This document shows, one piece after another, positions 11,621-21,520 of a stretch of 64,000 bases of DNA. Source of the DNA: Bacteroidetes bacterium UBA6183 (lineage in GTDB: Bacteria; Bacteroidota; Bacteroidia; UKL13-3); assembly GCA_002422865.1 (NCBI GenBank), contig DITN01000094.1:12661-76660 (forward strand), given 5' to 3'. Made by a program: the position numbers and the translations under genes. The notes under the pieces are model-generated. The model was given only the letters and a program-made list of their open reading frames with translations. It did no database searches and was not told the DNA's origin. How positions within the stretch are numbered: the stretch's first letter is position 1; each line of letters starts with the position of its first letter.

Positions 11621-12160
11621 TTATTGTTTGTTTTTTGTCGGTTTGGATTTGAAACTAAATATCTCCTCAATTAAATTTTCATTTGATTTATCAATTGAAG
11701 AAAAGAAACCCTCTTCTCCTCTTGTTCTTAGTTCTCTTGCAATCTTTTGTTTTACCATTACCATGAATTTATCAGATTTAATATCCATTCCCTCGGTATA
11801 TGGGCAAATGTAAAATCTAAATTCTTTTTTCTTCCCACCTTGCATTGGCCAGAACATTCTTGCATTGACATAAGATCTATCGTTCATTTCACCCGCTGCT
11901 TTCACCACAACTGTATATATGGTTGGGAATATCATTTCCTTAGTTCTAGCATATTCTAAGGTTAATGCTTGAAGTTCTAAAAAAGTGGTTGCATGCTTTT
12001 TCATGAAATTAATAACATCCATTCTACTTTGTTCTAGGATGAATAACTTTTCATCGTATTCTGTAATACCGTTCTTTTCAGATACTATATAATCAGATGG
12101 TTCGATATACTCGTCTACCCACTCTTTTAGATCAAATATTTTTGGATTTTTCCGTTTCAT
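11621..12160 (-). CDS. Hypothetical protein (probable start at MKRKNPKIFD; the ORF extends to 12205)
   Basis: ORF of 194 aa with no recognisable motif. Confidence 0.45.
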   Translation of the reverse strand: MKRKNPKIFDLKEWVDEYIEPSDYIVSEKNGITEYDEKLFILEQSRMDVINFMKKHATTFLELQALTLEYARTKEMIFPTIYTVVVKAAGEMNDRSYVNARMFWPMQGGKKKEFRFYICPYTEGMDIKSDKFMVMVKQKIARELRTRGEEGFFSSIDKSNENLIEEIFSFKSKPTKNKQ

Positions 12161-12639
12161 TACAATCAATTTGATGATGCAAATATATAACTGAAATACA
12201 TACATACAAGATGTATATTGTATTATTTTTAAAATTTTATATATGTATATGTATAACAGCGCATTAAAATTTGATATTGGTTATCTTAACAATCATTTTA
12301 AGCTTTTTATCTCAAAAAAATTAGTCTTTATAAATCATGTTAAACCACATTAGATTCAATTGTTAAAGAAATAGATTCAGTAGCTAAAGGACAACTATGA
12401 AATTTGTAACTAAAGATGTATAAAATTCAAATATTGGTTTACAAATAGTATTAAGGTACTTCTGGTTAATGTAACTTCTATATTCATAAATACAAATTGA
12501 TATTATTAGTTAAGAATTGGATATGATGCTACAGCATATAGTTTATTATATATTAATTTATAATACTTAAAATTTCTTACTAGTGCCAGTATATTATTTT
12601 TTATATTCTAGTGCTAGTATCTAGTTATTATTATAATTC

Positions 12640-12900
12640 TATGTTGGTGAGTTAGAGCGTGTGAGTAGTCCCCCATTTTTTTATCAATGGTTGACACTCA
12701 CATCCCATCCATGTTAGGTTGAGAATCGGACAAGGTTCAGTGAAACCTTGACTTGTCGGCTACTTACGAGTGTTCACTCACCCGGGTAACTACACCTTCC
12801 GACTTTGTGCTGGTGTTAACTTGCGTTACCGTCCCGTGGTAGTTAATAAAATGAATGCCGCCACCGTAGAAATACCCGTCCAACATTCAAGTTACTTTAT
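12640..12900. other. GC-rich, inverted-repeat-rich non-coding segment within a 720-bp AT-rich intergenic region; candidate structured ncRNA or oriT-like site
   Basis: Local GC content rises sharply against ~25% GC flanks. Complementary segments include GGTGAGT/ACTCACC, gagtagtc/ggctacttac, GGACAAGGTT/AACCTTGaCTTGTC and TACCgtcccgtGGTA. There is no ORF of 60 aa or more. Confidence 0.35.
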
Positions 12901-12925
12901 AAATACATGATGAATTATAAAAAGT

Positions 12926-13153
12926 ATGACAAAATATAAGAAAAATATTTCGGATTACAAAGAGCATCTGAATTTTTTGTACGACAACGTAATATTTATT
13001 GGTATGAGAAAAACCAATTACAATAAAAGAATCATGACCCGTGTAACCGAAGATCAATTAGAAATGATTATCAAGGAAACAATTAATGAACAAAAGACCC
13101 AAAGTAAGTTTCTGCGTGAGGCCATAATCGACAAACTAAAAAGTAAGAAATAA
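12926..13153 (+). CDS. Ribbon-helix-helix (CopG/MobC-like) small DNA-binding protein; the true start may be the internal Met (MRKTNYNKRIMTRVTEDQ)
   Basis: 'KRIMTRVTEDQLEMIIKETINEQKTQSKFLREAIIDKL' fits an RHH beta-strand followed by a helix. Its stop overlaps the next start (ATGA at 13153). Confidence 0.5.
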   Translation: MTKYKKNISDYKEHLNFLYDNVIFIGMRKTNYNKRIMTRVTEDQLEMIIKETINEQKTQSKFLREAIIDKLKSKK

Positions 13154-13398
13154 TGGAAAGAGTAAAACTAATAGACAGGATGTACCTTTTTGAAGAGCCA
13201 ATCTTAGTTACACCGGAAGAGGATGAATATGTTACATATATAATGGGAGAAATGAGATTTGATGAACAGAATGAATATTCACTTACAATTGATATTACCC
13301 CGCAACATTTAGCAAACTATATCATCAATCTAAAAAGAAGGAGTCCTTCAATAAGTGGAGTAACTTTAAATGATTTGGAGATAAATAATGAAAAGTAA
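13153..13398 (+). CDS. Small hypothetical protein (81 aa), paralogue of the next ORF
   Basis: Shared pattern 'ID.hY.F..L..hT.EE..Y...IM' and 'hhN.I.N.KR'. Translationally coupled to its neighbours. Confidence 0.5.
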   Translation: MERVKLIDRMYLFEEPILVTPEEDEYVTYIMGEMRFDEQNEYSLTIDITPQHLANYIINLKRRSPSISGVTLNDLEINNEK

Positions 13399-13597
13399 AC
13401 CTAGAATAGATAGTATATATAGGTTTAAAATTCTAACCGATATAACTGCCGAGGAGAAAGCTTATGCAAGAAAAATAATGAATCAATTGAACCACGATAT
13501 GAAATATGTTTACCCAGACGATATTCCTTACACGAGTGATTCTGTTGTTAACATGATAACTAATATCAAACGTATTGCAGATAGATTAGGTATATAA
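13388..13597 (+). CDS. Small hypothetical protein (69 aa), paralogue of the previous ORF
   Basis: Compare 'IDSIYRFKILTDITAEEKAYARKIMNQL' with 'IDRMYLFEEPILVTPEEDEYVTYIMGEM'. The ORF overlaps the previous stop by 11 nt. Confidence 0.5.
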   Translation: MKSKPRIDSIYRFKILTDITAEEKAYARKIMNQLNHDMKYVYPDDIPYTSDSVVNMITNIKRIADRLGI

Positions 13598-13619
13598 TAC
13601 CACTAGGTCATATTCTGAA

Positions 13620-14020
13620 ATTTTTCTGGGATTTTTTTTTTGAGTTTTCACCCCTTTTCTGAACTACCAGAATTTCCAGAAAAATTTTGCTTGAGTATTT
13701 ATCCCCCCTGATTTAACGAGGGTTTTTACTATATATATCCCGGGATACGACAGGGACTCCCTCCCGTGAGGAGTCCCCGGGGAGACCCAAAAATAGTCTG
13801 GAGTAACTGTACTATTCTACCAGTAAATTTACATTAAAGTCAGTCTAGTTAAGTTCATTCCTGAAGTATGATCCTGTATAATCAAGTTTAATTTTTGTCT
13901 GGAACAAGCAACTGGATTTCCCGGATCTCGACTCCTTCAGATCGACACAAATTGTCTGGAGTTTTACCAGAAAATTGTTGCGCTAGGCGATCATAACCAG
14001 ATCCCAAAATAGTCTGGAAA
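13620..14020. promoter_or_regulatory. Repeat-rich non-coding region containing iteron-like GTCTGGA/TCCAGA motifs (6 or more copies, including two copies of CCCAAAA(A)TAGTCTGGA), a perfect GC hairpin GGGACTCC-n9-GGAGTCCC (13753-13777), and a T10 tract (13627-13636)
   Basis: Motif copies lie at 13786-13803, 13897-13903, 13954-13960 and 14003-14017, with inverted copies 'tccagaa' at ~13665-13690. There is also a CCCCGGGG palindrome. Confidence 0.5.
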
Positions 14021-14207
14021 AACTTTCGGTAAAAAGAGGGAAAGTTACTCTCCAACACTAACAGTAGTTTATGTTTCACTTTGTACAAAAGTGAAACATG
14101 ATGCATAAGGCGTTGATTGCATTGCTCTTATTTTTACCTCAAAAAATTCATGTTTTATTTATGTGTTTTTTCATTGCTTTTTGAAACTTTATCTGGAGCA
14201 TAGCACC

Positions 14208-14789
14208 ATGAAAAAGAAAAATACAACAACAACTTATTTGGAATGGGACAAGGTTTCATTTTTAATTAAAAAACTTGAGAAGGAAAAAGATTACAAATTT
14301 ATGCTACTTGTTTCTATTGGATGTTTCTTGGGATTGAGGATTTCAGATATTAAACAATTGAGGTGGGTCGACTTGTATCAAAATGACAACCTTTCAATAA
14401 TAGAAAAGAAAACGGGTAAGACTAGGAAGCTTATCATCAACGATGATCTGAAGAATATTATTAACATTGCACACCAGAATCTGTGTGTTAATCAGGAGGA
14501 ATTAATTTTTCAAAACAGATTTGGCAAAGGTGCAATAAGTACCCAATACATAAACAGAAAATTGAAGGAGATATTCAATAGGTACTCGTTAAGAATCCAA
14601 GCCTCATCACATACACTAAGAAAATCGTTTGGTAGAAAGGTGTATCAGAATCATAATCAATCTGAACATTCACTTGTATTACTGATGAATATCTTCAATC
14701 ATTCAAGTATTCAAATAACCAGACTCTATCTCGGTTTACGTCAAGAAGAAATAAACAATGTATATGAGGGAATTGAACTCTACAATTGA
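14208..14789 (+). CDS. Minimal tyrosine recombinase (catalytic domain only, ~194 aa; the ORF extends upstream to 14163)
   Basis: 'GLRISDIKQLRW' (Arg I), 'HTLRKSFGRKVY' (His-x-x-Arg) and 'HSSIQITRLYL' (His/Tyr). Confidence 0.65.
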   Translation: MKKKNTTTTYLEWDKVSFLIKKLEKEKDYKFMLLVSIGCFLGLRISDIKQLRWVDLYQNDNLSIIEKKTGKTRKLIINDDLKNIINIAHQNLCVNQEELIFQNRFGKGAISTQYINRKLKEIFNRYSLRIQASSHTLRKSFGRKVYQNHNQSEHSLVLLMNIFNHSSIQITRLYLGLRQEEINNVYEGIELYN

Positions 14790-14941
14790 TTTTGTCATAC
14801 ACGTTTCTGTATTATTTCAGAGACTTATAAAGACTGTTTTGTTGGTGGAATACTCCCCAAATACACTTACTTGATGGTGGTAGTGTAAGTTCAAACTAAC
14901 AATTTCATGTCATACAAGAATAACCAACTTACAATAAGGGG

Positions 14942-17900
14942 TTATTCTTCTGCTGCTATCGAATATGAATCTTCGTTGGTTTCGTAAAGTTTACTACTAA
15001 AGTCGTTTGCTAGTAGTTTTGCTTGTTCTATTACTGTTTCTGTGGCCTTAGTTTCTAAATCTGGTGGGTAACCATGTTTGCGTAAAATCCTTTTTACCGC
15101 AATTCTCATTTTGGCTTGAATCGTTTCTCTCACAGTCCAATCAATGTTGGTATTTCTTTTTACTGTATCAACCAACTCACGTGCAATGTGTCGTAAAATT
15201 TCATCACCCAACACTGCAACAGACGAATCATTTACTTCAAGTGCAGTATAAAAAGCATACTCCCTAAAATCCAATCCCATGTCTTCACCTCGTCTGTCGG
15301 CCTCCTTAATATCCTTGGCCAATCGAATCATTTCTTCGATAATTTGAGCGGAAGTAATTAGGTTGTTTTGGTATGATTTCATTGATTTCTCCAACATCTC
15401 AGAGAACTTTTTTGATTGAACTAAGTTTACCTTTTGTCTGGTTTTGATTTCATCGTTTAGAAGTTTTTTTAGTAACTCCAAAGCCAGATTTCTATGGGTC
15501 ATTCCTTTCACCTCAGCTAAAAATTCATCAGAGAGAATGGAAATATCCGGTTTTTTAATTCCGGCAGCATCAAAAATATCAATCACCTCATCGGCAACAA
15601 CAGCATCAGACAAAATCTGTTTGATGGCTGTTTCTATTTCTTCATCTGTTTTTCCTTTACCACTTTGGGTTACTTTTACAATACGTGTTTTGATTGCTTG
15701 AAACAATCCAACAGTCTCTCTTATATCAGTAGTATAAGGGTGAGGTACAGAAATAGCAAAAGCCTTTGTTAATGCTGTTACAGCAGTAACGAATCTATTT
15801 TTACCGTTTTCTAATCCTAAAATATAGTTGGCTCCTTGTATTGGGAAGTATAATTTCTCTTTGGGTGTTTTACCAAAAAACGATTTGTAATCAAATCCTT
15901 TTGGTGCTGTATTATCAAGTGGTTGTTCGTTAAACATATTACACACCACTTCAAATTTACCCATCATTACTTCGGCAGCTTCATCTTGGTCGATAGTTGG
16001 TTTTCCTTTACCACCACTTTCGGTATATAATGATAACGCCTTCTTTAAATCGTTTGCTATACCAATGTAATCTACCACCAAACCACCATCCTTATCTTTA
16101 TAAACCCTATTAACCCTTGCAATGGCTTGCATCAGGTTATGACCTTTCATCGGTTTATCAATGTAAAGTGTGTGCATGGATGGTGCATCAAACCCAGTTA
16201 ACCACATATCTCTTACTATGGCAAGTTTTAATGGGTCTTTAGGGTCTTTTAATCGTTCACCTAGTGCTTTACGTTTAGCCTTGTTTCTAACGTGAGATTG
16301 AAAGTTTAATGGGTCGGATGATGAACCTGTCATTACCACTTTTACTGTACCTTCATTATCATCATTGCTGTGCCACTCCGGTTTTATCTTTATGATTTCA
16401 TTGTAGAGGTCAACACATATTCTACGACTCATGCACACAATCATTGCTTTACCATCCAACACAGCATTACGTGATTCAAAGTGTTGAACAATATCTTTTG
16501 CAATTAATTTAAGTCTGTGTTCATTACCTACAATGGCTTCCAACCTTGCCCATTTAGATTTTAAACTTTGTCTTGAATTTAATTCTTCACCCTCGGTTAA
16601 TTCTTCAAACTCTTCATCAACTCTTGGTTTTTCATCTTCCAATAAGTCAATTTTTGCTAGTCTGTTTTCATAAAATATCCTAACCGTTGCACCATCTTCT
16701 ACCGCTTGCTGTATGTCGTACACATCAATGTAATCACCAAAAACGGCTTGGGTATTCTTATCCGTATTTTCAATGGGTGTTCCGGTAAAACCTATAAAGG
16801 AAGCATTGGGTAAAGCATCCCTCATGTGTTTGGCAAAACCATCCATAAAGTCATACTGACTGCGGTGTGCTTCATCTGCAATAACAACTATGTTTCTTCT
16901 TTCTGATAATAGTTCAAATTGTCCTTTTATGTTTTTAAACTTACCATCTCCAATCTCAATTTTCTCTTGTATTTCGGGTAAGAATTTTTGGATGGTAGTA
17001 AATACAATACCACCCGAACTTACACTAAGTTTCTTTTTAAGGTCGTCTCTGTTTTCTGCTTGTACAGGTGTTTGTCTGAGTATATCCTGACTTAAAGAGA
17101 ACGTATCAAATAACTGGTCATCTAAGTCGTTTCTATCAGTTAAAACAATAAGTGTTGGGTTGTTTAATGCTAGTACCAATTTACCTGCATAAAACACCAT
17201 ACTTAAACTTTTACCACTACCCTGTGTGTGCCAAATTACACCGGCTCTTTGGTCACCATTTTCTGCTGTTGCTCGTTTGGTGGTTTCTACTGCTTTGTTT
17301 ACCGCAAAGTACTGATGGTAACGAGGTACAATTTTGGTTATCTGTTCTTTGTTTAGATGAAATAGAATGTAATGTCTAATTAGGTCGGGTAATACCCTTT
17401 TATTGAGCATACCCTTAACCATTACCTCCATTTGTGGTATGTCTTCATCTGCAACAAATTTTCCATCAATTGATTTCCACGGAACAAAAAATTGTTTAGG
17501 TGCTGTTAAAGAACCATACAGTGCATCCCAACCATCAGACACAATTAATAGTGAGTTATAGGTAAACAGAGATGAAATGGTTTGTTTATAGGTTTGTAGT
17601 TGGTTAAACGCTGAGTTAATGGTTGCGTTTTCATCAACAGCGTTTTTAAGTTCAATTACAACCAACGGAAGTCCATTAACAAACAAAATTAAATCGGGGC
17701 GTTTATTAATGTTGTTTTCAATAATTGTAAATTGATTTACTACCAAAAACTCGTTGTTATCAGGGTTGGAAAAGTCTATTAACCATACCTTGTCACCAAC
17801 AATTCTACCACCTTTTCGGTATTCAATATCTACACCCTCGGTAAGGTATTTGTGGAAGGTGTAATTGTTTTGAAATAAGTTGGGACTATCTGTACGTAAA

Positions 17901-18157
17901 ACCTTCTTCAGCGCTTCTTCCTGTGCTTCTCCGGGGACGGTTGGATTCAGTCTGGAAATGGTATCTCTCAATCTTTGTTTAAGAACCACCTCATCAAACT
18001 CACGTTCTTGTGCAACACCATCTGGTGAAATATCTGCACCGTTAACGTATGAGTATCCAAGGTCTATAAACTCTTGGATAATGATTTGTTCTATATTGTT
18101 TTCAGATAGTATGGCGGCCATGGTTATGGGTTTATATTTCTGATACCTCCAACTCAC
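14942..18157 (-). CDS. hsdR: Type I restriction enzyme R subunit (HsdR); the likely true start is the internal Met at ~18121
   Basis: 1071 aa. Helicase motifs 'HTQGSGKS' (Walker A) and '[10 protein letters not shown]' (DEAH). Confidence 0.9.
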   Translation of the reverse strand: MSWRYQKYKPITMAAILSENNIEQIIIQEFIDLGYSYVNGADISPDGVAQEREFDEVVLKQRLRDTISRLNPTVPGEAQEEALKKVLRTDSPNLFQNNYTFHKYLTEGVDIEYRKGGRIVGDKVWLIDFSNPDNNEFLVVNQFTIIENNINKRPDLILFVNGLPLVVIELKNAVDENATINSAFNQLQTYKQTISSLFTYNSLLIVSDGWDALYGSLTAPKQFFVPWKSIDGKFVADEDIPQMEVMVKGMLNKRVLPDLIRHYILFHLNKEQITKIVPRYHQYFAVNKAVETTKRATAENGDQRAGVIWHTQGSGKSLSMVFYAGKLVLALNNPTLIVLTDRNDLDDQLFDTFSLSQDILRQTPVQAENRDDLKKKLSVSSGGIVFTTIQKFLPEIQEKIEIGDGKFKNIKGQFELLSERRNIVVIADEAHRSQYDFMDGFAKHMRDALPNASFIGFTGTPIENTDKNTQAVFGDYIDVYDIQQAVEDGATVRIFYENRLAKIDLLEDEKPRVDEEFEELTEGEELNSRQSLKSKWARLEAIVGNEHRLKLIAKDIVQHFESRNAVLDGKAMIVCMSRRICVDLYNEIIKIKPEWHSNDDNEGTVKVVMTGSSSDPLNFQSHVRNKAKRKALGERLKDPKDPLKLAIVRDMWLTGFDAPSMHTLYIDKPMKGHNLMQAIARVNRVYKDKDGGLVVDYIGIANDLKKALSLYTESGGKGKPTIDQDEAAEVMMGKFEVVCNMFNEQPLDNTAPKGFDYKSFFGKTPKEKLYFPIQGANYILGLENGKNRFVTAVTALTKAFAISVPHPYTTDIRETVGLFQAIKTRIVKVTQSGKGKTDEEIETAIKQILSDAVVADEVIDIFDAAGIKKPDISILSDEFLAEVKGMTHRNLALELLKKLLNDEIKTRQKVNLVQSKKFSEMLEKSMKSYQNNLITSAQIIEEMIRLAKDIKEADRRGEDMGLDFREYAFYTALEVNDSSVAVLGDEILRHIARELVDTVKRNTNIDWTVRETIQAKMRIAVKRILRKHGYPPDLETKATETVIEQAKLLANDFSSKLYETNEDSYSIAAEE

Positions 18158-19358
18158 CGGAAATGAGTTTTGGTAAAAGGGTGTCTCGGAGTTGTGTTAG
18201 TTGCTGGTTTTGGTTTGTGAAATTATAGATTAACGAGTCTTTCTCTTTTACCAACTCATCAAAACCGTTTGAGGTGGAAAAAGGAGGTATGATTGTTTTA
18301 ATGTTGCCTAAAGTTTCTTTATTTATTGAACCGAAGACAGTACCTTCGTTATCATAAGATTTCAATTCTCCCTGAATAGATAGCATTTTGTAATAAGTGT
18401 ATGAAAACAACTTTCTTGGATGTGAAATTGAACCAAGGCCCCGGCCAATACAACAATCATGTTCAGCCATATTAATATCCCCAACGGGAGCTCTTACACT
18501 AATTAACGTCTCGAACTTCTTAGCAACCTTTTTTGGGTCATTTGTATACATTCGTACTGAAGGATACCTAAAACCAAAGTCCGAACGTCCCTGAAAGAAT
18601 ATCATTCCATCTCCTGTTTCATTGTATGTGTCTCCTTTTGGAGATTGACCCATATTAAGGTTGAATTCATCTTTTAAAGTTCCAACTACCCAATCCTTTG
18701 GAATCTCACCCAACTCACTATCCTTCATTTCACCACCGGAAGATTTGTAGGGTTCACCATTTTCATTAGGAAACTCAAAATCAATAAACCAACGTTTAAA
18801 TAAGGTTTGTGCAAGGTTTTCTAACTCCTGATTGATTTTGTTGTTGAGTTCTATTTTATCATCAAGTGAGGAGAGGATTTCAGCAATGGCGGTTTGGGTT
18901 GGGAGGTCGGGGAGATTGAATTTTAAATTCTTTACAACCGATGCAGATATTTCAGCAAAAGTTGTTCCTGTACCATAGGACTTGATGTACTCCATTTTTG
19001 CTTTTAGCAAATAGTAAACAAAGTTATAATCAGCTTTTTCTGGATTAACTACAATACTTTTAAAACCCTGGTTAGTGCATACTTCATTAGCAGCAATAGC
19101 CAAATATCCTATAGGTGCTCTGGATGTTAATAGGATAGTATTCTTCGGAACCATCCTTGAAGAAGAATTTGATAAACCTTCTATTGTTATGTTTCTCTCA
19201 CCATTTGCAATGTGCCTATTTGTGTAATTGGTCAAGTCTTTTGGTGTTAGCCAAGGAATGTTACCACCGTAAAAATGTGGCACTTTTGTTGAAGGTGTAC
19301 CACCACCAACAACATCAGCAATTTCTTCTATTTTATATTCTTTCCAAATAGCCATCAT
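18132..19358 (-). CDS. hsdS: Type I R-M specificity subunit (HsdS), two target-recognition domains
   Basis: 408 aa. Conserved central '[16 protein letters not shown]' and C-terminal '[14 protein letters not shown]' repeat regions. Confidence 0.85.
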   Translation of the reverse strand: MMAIWKEYKIEEIADVVGGGTPSTKVPHFYGGNIPWLTPKDLTNYTNRHIANGERNITIEGLSNSSSRMVPKNTILLTSRAPIGYLAIAANEVCTNQGFKSIVVNPEKADYNFVYYLLKAKMEYIKSYGTGTTFAEISASVVKNLKFNLPDLPTQTAIAEILSSLDDKIELNNKINQELENLAQTLFKRWFIDFEFPNENGEPYKSSGGEMKDSELGEIPKDWVVGTLKDEFNLNMGQSPKGDTYNETGDGMIFFQGRSDFGFRYPSVRMYTNDPKKVAKKFETLISVRAPVGDINMAEHDCCIGRGLGSISHPRKLFSYTYYKMLSIQGELKSYDNEGTVFGSINKETLGNIKTIIPPFSTSNGFDELVKEKDSLIYNFTNQNQQLTQLRDTLLPKLISGELEVSEI

Positions 19359-19831
19359 GCTTCAGTTTCGTAGTTTAAATAATAATCAACATTAAAATAT
19401 CCGTTCTCAAGTTCAACCACACCGCCTAATGCATATTTATATTGATTATCTTCAGTTTGACTTATAAAGTCTATTATTTTTTTATGGTCATTCTCTCTAT
19501 TTGCTTTATTCCAATAGCCTTTAAATTCAAGCACTAAAATATTTTCTTCATTAGAATTTCTTCTGTGTAACAAAACATCTGGAATAACACCACCGGAAAA
19601 GTTTTTTGTATTCTTAGGCTTACCCAAATTGCGATTGTACTCACAATCTAAATTGTAGCCGCTGAAAGAACTTTTTGATAACAACTCCGCGAAATAAAGC
19701 CCGAAACGAAAAACTACACTTCTTTCATTTACGGCAAACTCTATTAATTCCTGGTCTTGTTGATAAAGGCTTTGTAATGCTTCATCAACTATACCTTTCA
19801 GCTCTTTTATATGTGCAGTTGATAGTTTCAC
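19355..19831 (-). CDS. Hypothetical protein with PD-(D/E)xK (Mrr-cat/restriction-endonuclease-like) motif, embedded in the type I R-M operon
   Basis: 158 aa. 'GGVIPDVLLHRR...(19 aa)...ILVLEFKGYW', preceded by a helix carrying Glu ('AVNERSVVFRFG'). Its stop overlaps the hsdS start (ATGA). Confidence 0.5.
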   Translation of the reverse strand: MKLSTAHIKELKGIVDEALQSLYQQDQELIEFAVNERSVVFRFGLYFAELLSKSSFSGYNLDCEYNRNLGKPKNTKNFSGGVIPDVLLHRRNSNEENILVLEFKGYWNKANRENDHKKIIDFISQTEDNQYKYALGGVVELENGYFNVDYYLNYETEA

Positions 19832-19841
19832 TTATTTGCTC

Positions 19842-21080
19842 TTATTCTTCGTTTAATTCTACAAAAGACACTAGAATGTCTTCAATCTTTGGTTTTTTAT
19901 TACCGGCTTGTTTTGTTTCTCTACGTTCAATAACCACATCATAAGTTTTATCAAAATGAATAAGGTATGACATTTCTAGACGTGCTTTATCCATTTTGCC
20001 TTTTGATGTGTTGTCTTTATCTTCAATATCTTCAAACTCGTAATAACCTGTCTTAACGTTTAAGGCAATAAAGCGACCTGTAATTTTGATGTCTGTTTTT
20101 TCATCATACTCCAATTTTTCAAGCACACTTAAAATCTCATTGGCCTTGTCAAAATTTAAGTCTTTACGGTCAGACACTTTAGTGACAGCGTTTTCGTACC
20201 GAATGTAAAATTTGAGTTTTGATCCAATAATGGTTTGTAGCAAACCTTTGTAACTAGTAATTATCTTTTTATCAATAGACTTGACAAATTCTGCAAGTTG
20301 CTCATATTTTTCAGAGGCACTGATAAAGTTCATCACAAATTGGATAAACATGTCTTCATCTGACGGTACGCCTTCCATTGGAACAGCTGCCGATGCTGGC
20401 TTAAATAATGCACTAAAAGAGCCTCCTGCTTGTGCAAAATAGTTTATCTGTGTACTATGTTTTAGTGCGGCCCTGTCAATATTTGGTTTATTATTCTTGT
20501 CCTTTGGTGCTGTTCTTATTCTTTGCTTAATAAATGCTTTGCCTAAGCCTGATGTAATCTCGTGTAAGCTATTCATTGCAGGGCCGAAAATGTCAATATC
20601 TATTTCATTATACGGAACTTTGGAAGAGTTTTTGAAATAGGTTTGAAGTATGCCTGTATTGTACTTCAAAGAATAATTTGTTAAATCTAAATCATCTGAA
20701 AGAGGGTCAAAAGTGTATTTAGTGTTTCTGTCCGGCAAATAAGATTGAGGTATTTGATCTGGAAATATCATTAAAATATTTTGATAATTCAGGTCAACAT
20801 CAATATCAACTTTATAAACAAAGTTGTCGTTTGGCTCTGTTATGATGTTATAGAATGTCAGCTTTCCGTTCAAATATGCTTGAAGCCTTTCTATCGAAAC
20901 CCTTACTACCAACCAACGATTGAATGTATCATCTACATCTGCCCAAAAAAACAAATAATTTTCGTTGTTGCCCGATCGAAAATGTGACAACAAAGGACCA
21001 TCATAATAAATGAGGTCGCTTACTTTTTGCAAGTCCTTTATGGGAAGCCTTTCCAGTAATATGCCGTTAATTGCTTCCAT
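19842..21080 (-). CDS. Hypothetical protein (412 aa) embedded in the type I R-M operon; no recognisable motifs
   Basis: Long ORF. Its start overlaps the stop of the upstream ORF (21080) and there is a 10-nt gap to the downstream ORF. Confidence 0.55.
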   Translation of the reverse strand: MEAINGILLERLPIKDLQKVSDLIYYDGPLLSHFRSGNNENYLFFWADVDDTFNRWLVVRVSIERLQAYLNGKLTFYNIITEPNDNFVYKVDIDVDLNYQNILMIFPDQIPQSYLPDRNTKYTFDPLSDDLDLTNYSLKYNTGILQTYFKNSSKVPYNEIDIDIFGPAMNSLHEITSGLGKAFIKQRIRTAPKDKNNKPNIDRAALKHSTQINYFAQAGGSFSALFKPASAAVPMEGVPSDEDMFIQFVMNFISASEKYEQLAEFVKSIDKKIITSYKGLLQTIIGSKLKFYIRYENAVTKVSDRKDLNFDKANEILSVLEKLEYDEKTDIKITGRFIALNVKTGYYEFEDIEDKDNTSKGKMDKARLEMSYLIHFDKTYDVVIERRETKQAGNKKPKIEDILVSFVELNEE

Positions 21081-21520
21081 CAGATTAATTTTTCAATTGG
21101 TATGAATTTGTTGGATAGGTTACAACTTTCAAATTCAAACAAGTCAAAGTGAGTGTGTTTGCCTTCTTCTGTAATCAAACCATCATTGCCATCAATTAAG
21201 CCTGTACTTAGTGTTTCACCAACCGCTTTGTAAAATTTAGGGATGTGTTTACTGTGTTCTAAAAAAAATTGTTTTGCACTATCTGGTCTTTTAAAGCAAG
21301 AAAGGCCATACAATGAACATTTTTTTTGATCCTTCTCATTTAATACTCTTTGAGGATTATTTGCACCAGGGGGCTTGTGGTTTTTTATATGATAAGGATC
21401 TTCAAACACAAAACGAAATGTTTGCAGATTATTAGGCACTATTAATTCATCAGGAGGGCAGCAGATACCCATCTGTTGAATTTTTTCAATTTCTCGTTTA
21501 TATTTTAATTTTTCGGTCAT
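21080..21520 (-). CDS. Hypothetical protein (146 aa) embedded in the type I R-M operon
   Basis: Its start overlaps the hsdM stop (ATGA at 21517-21520). It contains an A8 run in the coding sequence (21313-21320). Confidence 0.5.
   Translation of the reverse strand: MTEKLKYKREIEKIQQMGICCPPDELIVPNNLQTFRFVFEDPYHIKNHKPPGANNPQRVLNEKDQKKCSLYGLSCFKRPDSAKQFFLEHSKHIPKFYKAVGETLSTGLIDGNDGLITEEGKHTHFDLFEFESCNLSNKFIPIEKLI

Noticed and set aside
11475-11959. Plus-strand ORFs 11475-11813 and 11747-11959
   Set aside because: They overlap or lie antisense to the 11621-12160 minus gene in low-complexity AT-rich sequence. No support was found
13888-14106. 72-aa minus-strand ORF in the repeat field
   Set aside because: It spans the iteron-like repeats and the GC hairpin and has no coding-like composition. 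The region is better explained as non-coding regulatory or recombination DNA
15064-18143. Plus-strand ORFs inside hsdR (15064-15267, 15444-15701, 16890-17090, 17152-17379, 17880-18143), inside hsdS/ORF158 (18397-18594, 19157-19351, 19675-19944) and inside hsdM (21603-22126, 22805-23068)
   Set aside because: They are antisense to well-supported R-M genes carrying conserved motifs
21313-21320. A8 homopolymer inside ORF146 (DQKKCS) as a phase-variation switch
   Set aside because: Runs of 7-8 A/T are frequent in this AT-rich sequence. It has no special position relative to the start codon, unlike the C6+A8 tract at 47606-47621
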